A stretch of 52,771 nt of DNA, the filler included, from Sphacelaria rigidula (lineage: Eukaryota): NCBI GenBank assembly GCA_964200075.2. It is 3 parts of 3 records of this genome, joined end to end, with 100 filler letters (N's around TTAATTAATTAA, not from the genome) between each part and the next. Parts side by side here need not be neighbours in the genome. Positions count along the whole stretch, not along the records: positions 1 to 17,526 come from CAXNAA020001057.1; positions 17,627 to 35,151 come from CAXNAA020001058.1; 1 more part is not named here. One strand, 5' to 3'. Each line of letters begins with the position of its first letter. The stretch's first letter is position 1. The position numbers and the translations under genes are program-made. The notes beneath the pieces are model-generated. The model did not search any database and had not been told where the DNA came from. It worked only from the letters and a program-made list of their open reading frames with translations. Below, piece by piece: positions 12,047 through 24,600 of this stretch.

Positions 12047-14650
12047 TTGAGATGTTCAAATCATAAATTCCAATCGTGAAGTCTAGTTGTGTGCTCCACC
12101 GAGCGCAAAGTAACATGAGGCTATCGTGTGGGGGGTGATTTCATGGTCTACAGGGGCGGTGTTGGCACCATGCGACAATGCTGCAGAGCTATTGAACTGT
12201 GTAAATAGTTTCTTCTCTGTGAAATGGCGACAGTAAAGGAGGTGATGGTCAGTGACGAGACTCAGTAGCGTGTTTCTTCAGTCACAGCAACACGCCATGT
12301 GTTCGTGTGCGTTCTGATAAACGTGATGGCATTTTTAACGTGAGAGAAATGGAGGGCGTGAGAGCACGCTCGAGACGGCTTTCGGCTGATGGTGCCCGAG
12401 AATATTTACGTACTGAGTGCACTTGCTTTGCACAAGACATTGATGAGCGAGACAACCTCATGTGTTCGGCGTTTATTTGAATCTTAATTTTTCATCCGGT
12501 GTGTTGGATGTGAATTGTCCTGGGCATGCACAGACGGCTAGTTTAGTTCGTTTTATGTATTCGCTTTGTTCCCGGTTGCAAATATATTGCAGCTTGCCAT
12601 GTACATTTCAGGTGCCTGCGACTTCTCCCGCATATATCCTTTTCGGAATGTCTGCTTGCTTCGTTTTGCCTAGTGGAGGCTTCTTGTACTTTACTAGTAT
12701 CATTTCGAAAAGAAAATAGTATATAAACATTAGTGCAAAACTCGTGGGTAAGTGTTCTTCATAGGCGGGTCCTTGGACAGCTGAGTCGCAACCAATTTCA
12801 TGGCCTTATTGTGTTTTGTGTTTGTACGGTCGCCTTCCATAGGACAATGCGGCAGGGACCTGCCGTTTCGTTCTTCTATTCTCTTTGTTTTCCGTTCTTG
12901 TCCGTCCCCCCTTTTTGCGTTTGCCGTCGACTCTGTTCGCGCTCTCTTTGTTTTTACCCTCTGTCGAGCTTCCTCTTGTGAGTGTTTTCGTATTTTTGCC
13001 TTTGGTAAATCCATGTTGGGACCATGACCAGGTTTGGAGGGGATGACTGTTTTTTTTACGCTCAATCAATTCAATAATGCCGTATATGTGTATATTGGAC
13101 AACTGCTGAATTCAGCAGTGATTGTTGGTTCGTCGTCCGTAACTTTTTACCAGCCATCTGTTGCGTGTGTGATGTGTGGGCAGAAGTTTCAGCGGATAAA
13201 GTATGATACTTTGCGGTACGCACCCCCCCTATGTGTTTCTCTAGAATATTGCAATGCTTGTCTCATCGTTTGTCGTGCGCGAGTGCCCCGTTGTTTCATG
13301 TTGTGTACAGAGAGCAGTAGGAAGCTTTCCTCAAAAGGAGACTGGTGACATGATATCGCACACACGGGTTTGTCTGCGGTAAATAAGTAGTATTATACAT
13401 GTAATGATGATGGCACTTGCATAGACATGGTTCGAAGGTTCCAATATATACAGGACTGGATCCTGTAAAATGCCTCTGTATTGCCTGTGGTGTGTTCCTT
13501 TTTTTTACAGCGGTAGTTACGGTTGTATGGGCTAGCACGACCCTTGCCAACGGCACGTGAATACAGAATTGACATTTGCATAGGAACAGAAGCACTCAGC
13601 ACTCACTTGTAGCACAGCACATCACGCATCAACATACTGTACGAACCTTTTAGATATCGACTGTTCCCATATATCAAATTCTCAAGGGCAAGTCTAGTAG
13701 GCTGTATCCTATACCCGGGTATTTCCAAACGTCGTGCTGTAAGCGCTAAAAACATTCATGGGGTATTGAGCTCGTACCCGAATTCCCCAATATTTTTATA
13801 GGGCATTGAAATCATACGCGAGTGATACTCTGTGTGCCGCATCGTATTCCTGAGACTGCTTGCCCCATATTTGGAGAGGATACGATTATCTTACTCAACT
13901 TACTCCATGTTTAGGTACAGAATTCAAACCACGCTCAATCTACTCAAAACTTGAGTCAAGAAAGTACCTAAATATTTCCCGGGTACTCAAAAGCGCATAC
14001 CCTACCCGGCATGCAAAATGTCGTAACTTACATTCCTACGCACATGTTGATACCCCTTGTTCGCGCGTTCACTTATCCTACGCGCACATCACCTTCATCT
14101 CTTTTTGTTACCTTTCTGTGCTCTGATAGGAGATTGGGTGTCTGTTCCAATCCCAATTCCGAATTTCATCCAATTTCACGAAGTGAAGTTTGCACAAAGT
14201 GAAGTTGGTTTCTGCTGCGGGTAAAAAATCGACGAAGAGGTTTTGTGTGACTCCTAATTTTCGTCGTGATTCTTGCGATCGAGTTTCTTCCGATAGTTTT
14301 TTGCATCGGGGTTCTTGCGATAGGATCCTTGCGAAAGTGTTTTTTCAAGATTTCCATTTTTCAAATTGGTTGTTGTCTCAGGCTAATCCAGATTCGGCTA
14401 TAGATTTCTGTGAGAGAAACCACTCTCGTTTTTTTCGGAATACTTTTCAAGAAACGAGAACCTCTTGAAAAACAAGCAGAACTTTTTGGAAAACTGATAG
14501 AACCATGACCCCCATGTCTTGAGTACAGGCCAGTATACTCAAAATAATATACTTTTGCAGTGGTGTATGGAGCAAAGAATACTACACTCAACACCAGACT
14601 ACACGACAGTATACAGTGTTTTTCAGTTCTAAAGCTGAACACGGACGTTC

Positions 14651-14740
14651 TGTGTGTGTGACGCCGGCTGGTGCGGTCACATACCAAAATGTCTAGACCG
14701 GCGTCCAGAATGGATGAGACGAGAACACACACACACGCAC
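14651..14740 (+). mobile_element. 3' tail fragment of SINE family B
   Basis: ccggctggtgcg..cacatacc..ccggcgtccagaat..gacgagaacacacacac matches the tails at 28360-28444 (+) and 35883-35965 (-). Confidence 0.7.
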
Positions 14741-14927
14741 AGTGTACATACAAATGCCGCATAGCAGACAGCAGACAACTTGTAGTCTGCCGATGTGTGG
14801 GGGAGTGGTCTTGCTCTACTGCAGCGGAAGCTTCGAAACCCAACAACGAAAGAAAGAGGCAGATGCCCGCAACAGCAGCTGCCCAAAGTGGAGATGACTA
14901 ACGAGTACCGGAAACGGAGCGCACACT

Positions 14928-14937
14928 NNNNNNNNNN
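14928..14937. other. 10-bp assembly gap
   Basis: Run of N. Confidence 0.99.
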
Positions 14938-17526
14938 CACACTACTGACGGCCCGGAGCGGAAGGAGAAGGAGGAAGAGGTCGTTGATCGGGGGTGAGGA
15001 TGGGGTTATGGGCAGAGACGATTGGCTGCGTACATTTAGTCGGGGTGAGCCGCACACAGCATGGTCTTACTCTGTGGTGTTTATGGTCTATGTTACCGTG
15101 CTCTCGTCGGTCGGATGGGATATCAGCCCGTACAGCATGTTTATATACCATTCTTTTCTTTGTCACATTTCAGTTTTGAGCACGTGTTCTTCGAAGTGAA
15201 TTGAACTAGTACAGCCTTGATTACATTACGGCCAGCGATGTGTTGATCTTGGGTGCGAGAGCGCACTGCGGCCAACGCCATGCATCAACACCGATAGCTC
15301 CGTGTCTGTTGTGTCGCAGAGGGTGATCTTCTTGCCCGTTTGTCGGCGAATGTTTCGTGTCAGGATCCCGGCGCAAAAAAATCGAAAGCGCAGACAGTGA
15401 TATCCATTTTTCTGATGAAACCCAGCCTGGACAACGTGGACACGGCTTTGACATATGAGGCATGACTGACTGCCTGTAGATAAAGGAAAATATATACGTA
15501 ATATAACACCCATGGGAAATTCATCACATTATATTTTATGCTGGATGAGTGTCAAAAACCAACTCACGATAAAATTTCAAATCGAAATGCTGCACACACG
15601 AAACAGCGGCCAGGCGCACTTCACAGCAATCCACAGAACGGCATTGAATAAAGCATCTTGTCGTAGGGCAGACGACGGCAAGCCTGCGGCGATAAACTTT
15701 CTGCTCGATATTGATGAGCAAATGATCGTCTTGTGTTCTTGGTCAGCCAAGCACCGCGCATGCTTGATTTTGATTGTATGGATGCTCTGACGACGGACTG
15801 TATACAGATCGAATGCGTTAACTGCTTGCCATCGAGACCGCCGTATCATACTGTTGTTGTTGCACTGCTGTTGTACAAGACACTACACTCTCCGTACACT
15901 TGTGTCTGTGTACTGTCGTGTGCAGGCTATCCGAGTGGCAGCACGAGTAGCGGGGGTGGCCCTGTATCGCATCACTTGTCAACTGTTCAGAGCATTATAG
16001 ACCCTGTACAGTAGTGCTTCCGTACTGCTGTCGTCTGTTGCCCGCTGAACATAGTGTACAGTCCGCACAGCAGACAGCAGGCAACGGTACTTGTACACTG
16101 ATGGTGTGATTTCACAAGTTTCCCTACTTGCGGGTATACGGCCGTGTAGAGTACTCAGAGCATCCAAATGTCGTTATCTGCCCGGATGCACTCTGTTTCT
16201 GCGCATGGGCTGCGGCGGGTGTGAACGGTTGTCATCACGCAATGCGCACTCTCATGACAGGATTACTGTAGTCAGCGTCAGAAGTATGCAGAATGCGTGA
16301 TTTCTGAGTTTCTCCAAGATTGGCTAAATTTGTTTTGCTTGCCACCGCTCATCACAGTGACCTTTGGATGCCAAAACATGGGCATCCGGAGATATTTCAA
16401 TCGTCTTGACAAGTGAAAGAAAAAATATCTACGATCAATAATGGGTGACTTACGGGCTTGACTGATATTCGGGGGTCCTGCGAAAATACGACCCCAGGCT
16501 CTAGCTTTTCGGTATTTTCTGTGGACCGACTCGATCCGGGTCATGTACGAGCTGGGCCAGCCTAAAAACGGATTTAAGCCTTACACCGCGAGGTTACGAG
16601 TAGTCTTCTGTTGAATCGGCATCAATTTCAAGTGAAAAAAAGTATGCATGATCCAGGAAGACTGATCTCGCGATGTAAGCTCTAAAAACAATATCACATC
16701 GACACAGACGAGTTGGGCCGTGATCCGCACACAGTATTCATCGTCTAATCAACGGGAAGGTGCCAATCTGCTCAAAAGTTCGGGCCCATATTTTCTCGTT
16801 GATTGAACCCCATGTCTAGTCATTCCTATACCTAAGGGAGATAGTGCCAATACTAACAGCACAGGGCAGGGTCGATGGCGAGTGCTGTACACTGTGCGTA
16901 CTTTGCACAGCGTTATCGCTCGCATTTCAGGTCTGTGCATGCAGCGTGATGTGAACAACACTCGCGATGCGGTACAGACTGCCCACGCACCCAAGACTTG
17001 AAGAGACAGGACCGCACTGACCGTACACATGAGACCACAGTATAAGCAGTAGTGCTACTGCTGTAGTATCTACAGGGCTTGGGTAGCCTGGGCAGTCTGT
17101 ACTGTATTCGAGTGCTGTTTGCAACACGCTACATGCAGACATGAACTGAGCTACATTGCTGCGCAGCCAACCTACATACAGAGTGTCTTTCAGCACTCGT
17201 CATGGACACTGCCCTGTTTTGTTCTCATGGGTGTAAGGGGTAAGGGCCATCACGCTACTGGCGAGCGAAGGACAATGAAGCAAAACGCTGACTGTCCGCG
17301 AGCACCAGCGACAGCAGTGAACAACAAATTGTGCGAATTGAGGTTTAACTTTGAGATGAGATTCAAGCCTAAAACAGTGCTTTCCCCACACTTTCAGCGA
17401 TGGTGCCCAATGACGTTTTTGTCAGCCTATTGCCCCTCGATCGCGTAGATACTTTTTCAGCGCAATTCGCCGACTCCGTGAGCCTACAGTTCTGATCGAA
17501 TCCGCCATTTTCCCTGATATCACTCC

Positions 17527-17626
17527 NNNNNNNNNNNNNNNNNNNNNNNNNNNNNNNNNNNNNNNNNNNNTTAATTAATTAANNNNNNNNNNNNNNNNNN
17601 NNNNNNNNNNNNNNNNNNNNNNNNNN
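17527..17626. other. 100-bp scaffold gap with artificial TTAATTAATTAA linker
   Basis: N44-TTAATTAATTAA-N44 (stops in all frames); identical construct at 35152. Confidence 0.97.
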
Positions 17627-18009
17627 TGTTGTGGTCGTTACGGTATGCTTTTTTTTTTTTTTTTTCCCCCCCTTGTGTTTGGTTTTGGGGCAGAGAGGGG
17701 GGGGGGGGGGGGGGGGGGGGAGAGGAAAAGGAAACCCATCCGAACGTGTTTGTATTGCACGGGCGAGAAAAGGTCCGAATTTTTCATCATTGTCTTGGTG
17801 GAAAGTTCAACATTTTTTCCTCGTGTAGATATATACGCACGTACATGATGGTTATGATACGGGGGAATATTCGTTGCGTTAGCGTCGACCGGGATCTCTG
17901 AATGTTTATTGTTCCGAGATAGCTAGTCTGACCTTTGCCGGAGAAGGTAAAGCTCCCCCGTGTAGTTCTGTATGTGTGGCTGAGTTCCCTGTGATTTTGT
18001 ACAAAATAC

Positions 18010-18239
18010 CTTGAGTGTGCTGCGGATACACGGCGGTGTGAGGTGACTGGAACATGACGTACTGGATAAGTTTGGTTTGCCCATTTCTATGTGTGAGTGC
18101 AGCATGCAGTAGGAGTTAGTTCGTTCGAAAATCGAGCCTGAGCGCTGAAAGCGGAGATCCCGAAGACCGGGATCACGCACTGTATCATCTTGAACCACCG
18201 ATGACACGGCGAGACATTTTTGCGAATGATACGAGACAT
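18010..18239 (-). CDS. Possible first two exons (18239-18181, 18086-18010) of a divergently oriented gene
   Basis: MSRIIRKNVSPCHRWFKMIQ|NGQTKLIQYVMFQSPHTAVYPQHTQ; 94-bp gtgcgt...ctaac...atag intron is phase-compatible. No family recognised. Confidence 0.3.
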
Positions 18240-18670
18240 GAAGCGCTGGCAGCCGTTTATGCCTGCTTAGGAAATCGCCCAAGAACATTCATTGTTGTCG
18301 TTGTCGTTGTCGTTGTTGTCATCGTTGATGAGAAATAATCCCGGATTCGGTGGATCTCAGATGGCGATAGAATTTCGACGGCATTCGAATCAAGAGCAAA
18401 CAATGAGGCAATCACGTTCTCGTCAACCCGACAACTGCACGAGAACCGCGCGTGAAGTGTTGGTTTTCAAACTCTCGACATACCCCAGCCTAAGTTATTA
18501 AGGCAAAATGCAGTCTGAACCCCGTCTCTAACCTCGTACGCCGCACATCAGCAGCTCCTATCGACCTACACCGCCACTCTATTGTGTGCTCCTCCTCGCT
18601 CTGTACCCGCCTCTGGGACGGCCCAAGCAGGAATGCTGTCACCCCATCCAGGAGGTAGAGATTTGAACGC

Positions 18671-21600
18671 ATGAACTCCGCCAAGATGTCGCACGACCCA
18701 AATACAGGAGTACCCGGATGTTCGGTATCAGCTCCCCCCGCTACCGGAAGCGGGACGAAGCTAGGCGCCGTAGGCGTGCGCGTCGGTTTAGGTCTCCTAG
18801 CCATGGGGGATTTGGCGAGAGCAGCAAGCACAGGACACGATGCTGCAGCGGCGCCGCAGGCGTTTCGTGGGAGGGGACAGGCTGAAGGTATCCCCGGGTG
18901 TGGTGGTGGTCCCGCTGGGGGGGCAAGCGATCGTGTGCGCACAGTGGTTGCCAGGACGAGAGGGGGGTTTGTAGGCTCGTTTGGAGTTTTCGGTACCGCG
19001 AGTAGTAGCGCTGCTAGTCGAGGCGGGTTGACTCGGTCGATCCGAGCGAGTAGGACGCTTAGCAGCAGCGGTAGTTGTAGTGGTGGCACGACGACGAGGG
19101 ATGTCTTGTGCGCCTCCATGACGCAATTGACACACGAACAGCAGCAGCAACAGCAAGAAGAAGCGGCGGCGACAGCGACAGCGACGTCATCCCGGGAAAG
19201 CACAGTGCCGGTGCAATCCCTACCCATCCCTTCCCCACCTTCCGGTACCACCCCACAAAATGGAGCCACCCATGCCAGCGCCAGCGTCACCCGTACGCCT
19301 GTAAGAAACGAGGTTTCGAGCAGAGAGGGGGATGACGGCTGGTCGAGGGGACGGTGGGCTCGTGGCCCCGGGGACGAACGCGGCAGCGGACGTACTGGGT
19401 TAGTTTCGCGCGATGCGAGGGCGTCTAGAGTCGACGCTGATGGGATGATGGCGACTGAGTCGGGGAGAAACGGGGGGCGACTCGGGGGGTTCTCCCCTGT
19501 CCCTGTGGGCACGTCTGCCCCCAGCGTCGTGGACACCGCCACGATAACAACCCCAATAGCGCAATCCGATCAGGTAGACTATTTGTTATATTCCACGGAA
19601 CGGCGGGGGACTGGCGTTGGCCCACTTGGTGGGCAGGAGGAGGGTGGGCCACCCGAGGTTATCTCGAGAACTGGTAGAGGTGATGCTAGGATTACCTCGA
19701 CCGCTACCAATGGCGTCGCTCCTCTTGAAGGATCCTCGCGCACGACTCGTCCCAGTGCTCCTGCATCAGCCAGGGCTACTGCATCGCAAAACGGCCGAGT
19801 AGATGGTTCGCTTTCGTCAGGGCCACGGGGAAAAGGAGGTCTCGGCGCGACGGGCGGTACGGGGCGTGAGCGGCTTGGGGTCATCTCGCGGGAGAGGGGA
19901 GCTGATGGTCATGCGGGTGCTACTGGCTTGAGCGAGGGACGACTCGGAGTTATTTCTAGGGCTAAGGATAGTGGTATTAGTGCTGGGGCTAGAGCTGGTG
20001 GAAGGCGGCAAGGACCTGTCTCGAGGGCTGGAAAAGGTAGTACTGGAATGAACGCTGGAAGTGGCGGTGGAGAGCGACTGGGTGTTATTTCGAGAAGCGG
20101 AGATGCTGGTGCCCGTGTGGGTCCTGGAGGGAGTCGTGCGCGGACGGGGGTTTTGCAGCGCGTGCACGACGAGGCTGCGAAGAAGGCGAAGGTCAAGGTG
20201 AGACAAGATTTTCTTTCTCCCCGACTTGAGGGGTTTTCTCACGGACGAGATGGTGCTAGTAGTGGTTGTGGACAGTGGTATCTAGAGACTTCAAGTTTTA
20301 ACGTAGGTGATGGGACCCCCCCGCCCCCCCTCTATCGTAGTATCACTCTGATGGTGGTGAATGTAGGACATGGTACTCTCGTACTCTAGATTTGGATATA
20401 GTATTTGCGGTATTGAACATTTTGGGAGTACGTACAGTGCAGACTCCTGCAGAAGGACTGAGTACCGCGCACAGTATCAGTATCGACGACTGCTGAAGGC
20501 AAAACCACGGAGTATTCCAGATCACGTGTCGTTGTTGGGCACATACATGAATACTGATCGTCGTAGCCTCCACAGCGTGAACTACCCCTGCGCTGTCGTG
20601 CACAAGTTCTACAAAAGATCCGTTGTCACGGATGTGCTGTATGATGATGGCATTGGATAGCTTTACTTTGATATTCGCAGCGATTCTCTACCTATGAACC
20701 CATTTCCGAACCCTTTCCTACTCGTCGCATCCAGGGGTCAGACGCATAACTATGTGCAAGACTTGAAATATATGTAAATGTATACAGTGGCAGAAAAACT
20801 CAAAAACGACCATTGTTTCGCGGGAAGGGCAATGAACGGCTGTATAATAGCATATCATGCGCGTACGAGAAAAGCAACCCCCGATGTGGCCGAGTCTATT
20901 TTCGCTCTTGAATAGCTCTGCCGGCGTGAATTGTGTCGGATGATTTTCATGCAACGATATCAGCGTTTGCGGTGCAAGACTTCCACACGCTCGACATGAT
21001 CACCTTTGATACAATGTCTGTTTCCCAGATGCCGCACGTCTCTCGCTTGTGTACGACAATTGGTATAGTTACCAACGACAAGGACCGTAATTTTGGCGTA
21101 CTTGTCAGTTTGTCATTTTTCACCCCTCTTGGTATCCGACACCCCTACTCATCCAAGACTGTCCTCTTTACAGGCTGGGCCGCCGAAGAAGCGGACTTTC
21201 CTTCAGCCGGCTCTAACTGAGGATCTACGGCGAGTCGTGCTTACTATGACACATCGTGGTGATCTGCAAATCAACGCGCGTCTTTCACTTCACGTAGCAC
21301 TGCGATCTGACAAGATACCATCAAACAAAATACCAAACTGTAGTCAACTGCGAAGTGTAAAAAGTTGAGGGTGGCATGCGCGGCGGAACTAGAAAAAAAA
21401 CGGCTGAAATCGCATTTACGGTTATAGTCGTTCGTGCCGCGGCCATGAAGTGATGGTGCTGCACCAGTTGGGGTTGTACGACAATGCATGTCGTATGTTG
21501 TACGCGCGCAGGATCTGAGACGGCACGCAAACGAGACCTTCAGCGCCCCAAGGCGTCGGGCTTGTAGAAAACGTCAAATTTCCGGCTAAGGTTGTACTCT

Positions 21601-24600
21601 GAAAACAAGTGAACCGGTTCTCGACAGAAAAAAAGCGATTTTACTGCCCAATTAGAAGTCGTTTTACATGAAATTTTGACACGATATACATGGGGTACAT
21701 TATACGTGAAGCCGCTACCGTTTACCCCTCTTTTTTTTTTCCTCGTGAGTTAATGGTGATCTGAATTTCAAAACATTTTTTCCTGGTGAAGAAGCGTCGA
21801 CAACTCATTGAAAAATAGTTAAAGGGGGACAATGGGGACTTTACAACATACGTCACGTGAATTGTGTCGAAATTTCGTGGAAAAATACTTGAAATTGAAC
21901 AGGGTAACCGCGTTTCATTTTTCGTGGCTGATCCATCTCCACCTAGGAACCAGTCTTTGACCCGAACACGCGATTTAGCAGCTTTATTTTGGGTCGTTTT
22001 CTATGAACTTTTGTCACGATGCATGTGCGAAGACTCCACCTTCAGCCCCGTACAATTTTTTTTTCCGTGAGTTATCGGCGACCAAACACTCTTGAAACAG
22101 TTTATCTCGGAACAAAATCGTGAATGAGCCCCCAGAAAAAAACAAGAAGGAAGCATAGGCCGAATATGGAGTCTTCGTACATACGTCGTGTACATTGTGT
22201 CAACATTTCATAGGAAACGACCCAAAATTGAGCTGCTAAATCGCGCATATACACCCCTGTCCGCGTCTTGGGAGGCCCAGCCTGTACCTGTTGTCAATTG
22301 TTCAGTCCTGTTCGGGAAACTCTCCTACCTTGGACAGACTAGACAGCGCGCATTGACAGCCATGTACAACCCGACAACAGTACTCCGTCTCTTGAACCCG
22401 GTCCTGCCTTCCAGGAAGATCTGCTCTAACTCCCACCTTCGAGGCGTATGCCTCGTGAAATCCCCTCGGAAGGGGTACGATGCTGTCACTCGAACCTTCA
22501 CTGTCGAGGGTAAAAAGATCGAGCGTACACGCCATCCCGGGGTCCTTCTCGCCTTGGGCGTCGAACGTCCGGTTTGTTTCGCTGGGTCAAGCGTGCGTGC
22601 GAATAATCCACGTTAGGGAAGAAGTTGTGCTCTATTTTTTCCTCCATCATTTTTATTGTTCTTCGTACATCCTTTTCTTGGTATTTCCGATTTTCGAGCG
22701 TGTCATTTTTCTCTCACCTCTGTTCGACAGCGCTGCATGCCGGCATTTTTTCTTCGTCGACATCCGAAACCTTTTTAACGGGTCAGGCTTTTGAAGCGCC
22801 CGACAAGTCAGTCGGTTCACTAAAGATATCTCCCAACGACGAGAACGACCCCATCATCGATACCGTCAGCCCTAGCGGTGGAGCTACGAACAGCCGAGGT
22901 GCTCCGGTGCGACGCGTGTGTTGTCCGCGGGATCATTAATCCCCTGATCCCGTCACCCGCTCCCAGCCCGACGACAATATCGTCTCATGTCCGCCACTAG
23001 CTGCTGTCAGTGTGCCAGGGGCAGCTCAGAAAATGCCCATGAGGAAGATCTGAGGGGCTCGTGGCTGACAGCTCTGACGAGGTCACGAACGGCGCTCTCG
23101 ACCAGATGTTGGCGTGTCACCGGTAACCTTCGCACCGCAATGGCGAGGGAGCCCACGCACCGTGTCCCAGATGATCGTCATCTGAGCCTACTGTGTGCAA
23201 GGTTCAGTCCGTCATTGTGATTCTGACTTGCTTCAGATGTACCGAGATCTAGTCGAGAGGTGCCGGTCTTGGCTTCGTAACCCCTAGCAGCCACGAGCCC
23301 CCCCCCCCCCCCCACCAGAGCTCCGTCTCGAAAGGGATGCGTGGTCAACGGTCACACGACTAAGGCAAGCAACAAATGAGTACGCCCCCCCCACCACCAG
23401 ATCTCCTCCATGGCCGCTTGCTGGGCTGGTCCAGGGACATGAAAGGCAGCGATGCCGGACAGGCCGGGGTTCTTGTTGTCGGGCCGGGTGAGGTGTAGAC
23501 TGCTGCCGCGAAAGACCCCCTACCCCACCCCACTTCCCAGGATGAATAAAGTGGCTGGTTTGAGGAGGGCAAGAAACACATGAAAGATCAAAAGACAAAA
23601 GCCGATCACACAGGGCAACTGGGAACTCCCACGCTCTAGATCGTTTTGCCAATGTCGCACACCCTGGACAACAGAATACACTGTCGAAACGTGTACTGCG
23701 TACAGTATCGACTATTGCGCCTATTTCAATCGACAATAGATTCCATACTGTACGCAGGATATTTTTTGTACAATAGAATCTTTTGTCTAGGGTGTGCAAT
23801 GTCGTCCTTGTGAGGCGCTTCCTCCAGTCTAAAAATCACGCGCTGCTTGGCCATTTTCTTCGTGACAGGTTTGGGACTGGTTCGAAGGGGAAGGGGGGAG
23901 GAGGCGGTGTACTCATGATCATGCATGCCATATTCATAAGACCATTGAAGGGGGAGGGGGGGGGGATATCGCGGCATCACTCTCGAGTAGCGGTTAAATC
24001 ATGAACCGCCGGCGGGACCCGCGTCGCCGGCAGTACCTCCGCCGTTCGAGCACCTCCACCGCTGAGGTTGCCACTGTTGACAGTGACATCGTTATCGTCG
24101 TCAGCTGACATGCTGGCCGTTTTGTCGGGCGCTATGCGAGTCTAACACCCGTTTCTATCACACCCGTCCCGTGGTATTGTAGTTGTAGACTGTCGCGACA
24201 CATTCTACTGACATACGAAAACCAGACTGACTTGCGACGGAAGTTTGGGAGGAGGTGTTGAATGATGACGATACGCACGGAAACTGAAACCGACACACCA
24301 AGAAATGTCGCCTTGAAATGGACAGACAGACATGGAGAATTGAAACTGTCCAGAAAAAAAAAAGGAACCACAGGAGAGCTTTTTTGCCCGCGTGGACTCG
24401 TTCGTCTTGACAAGAGCGAAGCAAACCGGGACGTGTATACCCAACGTAAAAATGGACTCACCGATAGCGGGTACGTCCCATCTTTAATCCAGAACCCTGA
24501 GTGTCCGGGCAACAGCTTCTGATTATTCCTGTGGGGGGTTGTAGGGCACTTTTTATGCGTCTCGTGGGTGGGACCTGCACAGGTGCTGCAGGGCTGGAAG

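Noticed and set aside
15226..15800. Protein-like minus-strand segments with plausible acceptors
   Set aside because: Stops or frameshifts and no recognisable family; could not be linked in phase.
17527..17626. TTAATTAATTAA palindrome inside N runs (also 35152-35251)
   Set aside because: Artificial scaffolding linker, not biology.
17697..17720. Poly-G tracts (also near 2042, 25403, 39448)
   Set aside because: Common homopolymers, error-prone in assembly; no specific evidence of function.
18490..19542. 350-aa antisense ORF overlapping the large exon
   Set aside because: Shadow ORF of a GC-rich low-complexity coding exon; no motifs.
22188..23220. Exon-like ORFs inside the intron of the 18671 gene
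   Set aside because: No consistent splice path or motif; may be a decayed transposon or pseudogene fragment.
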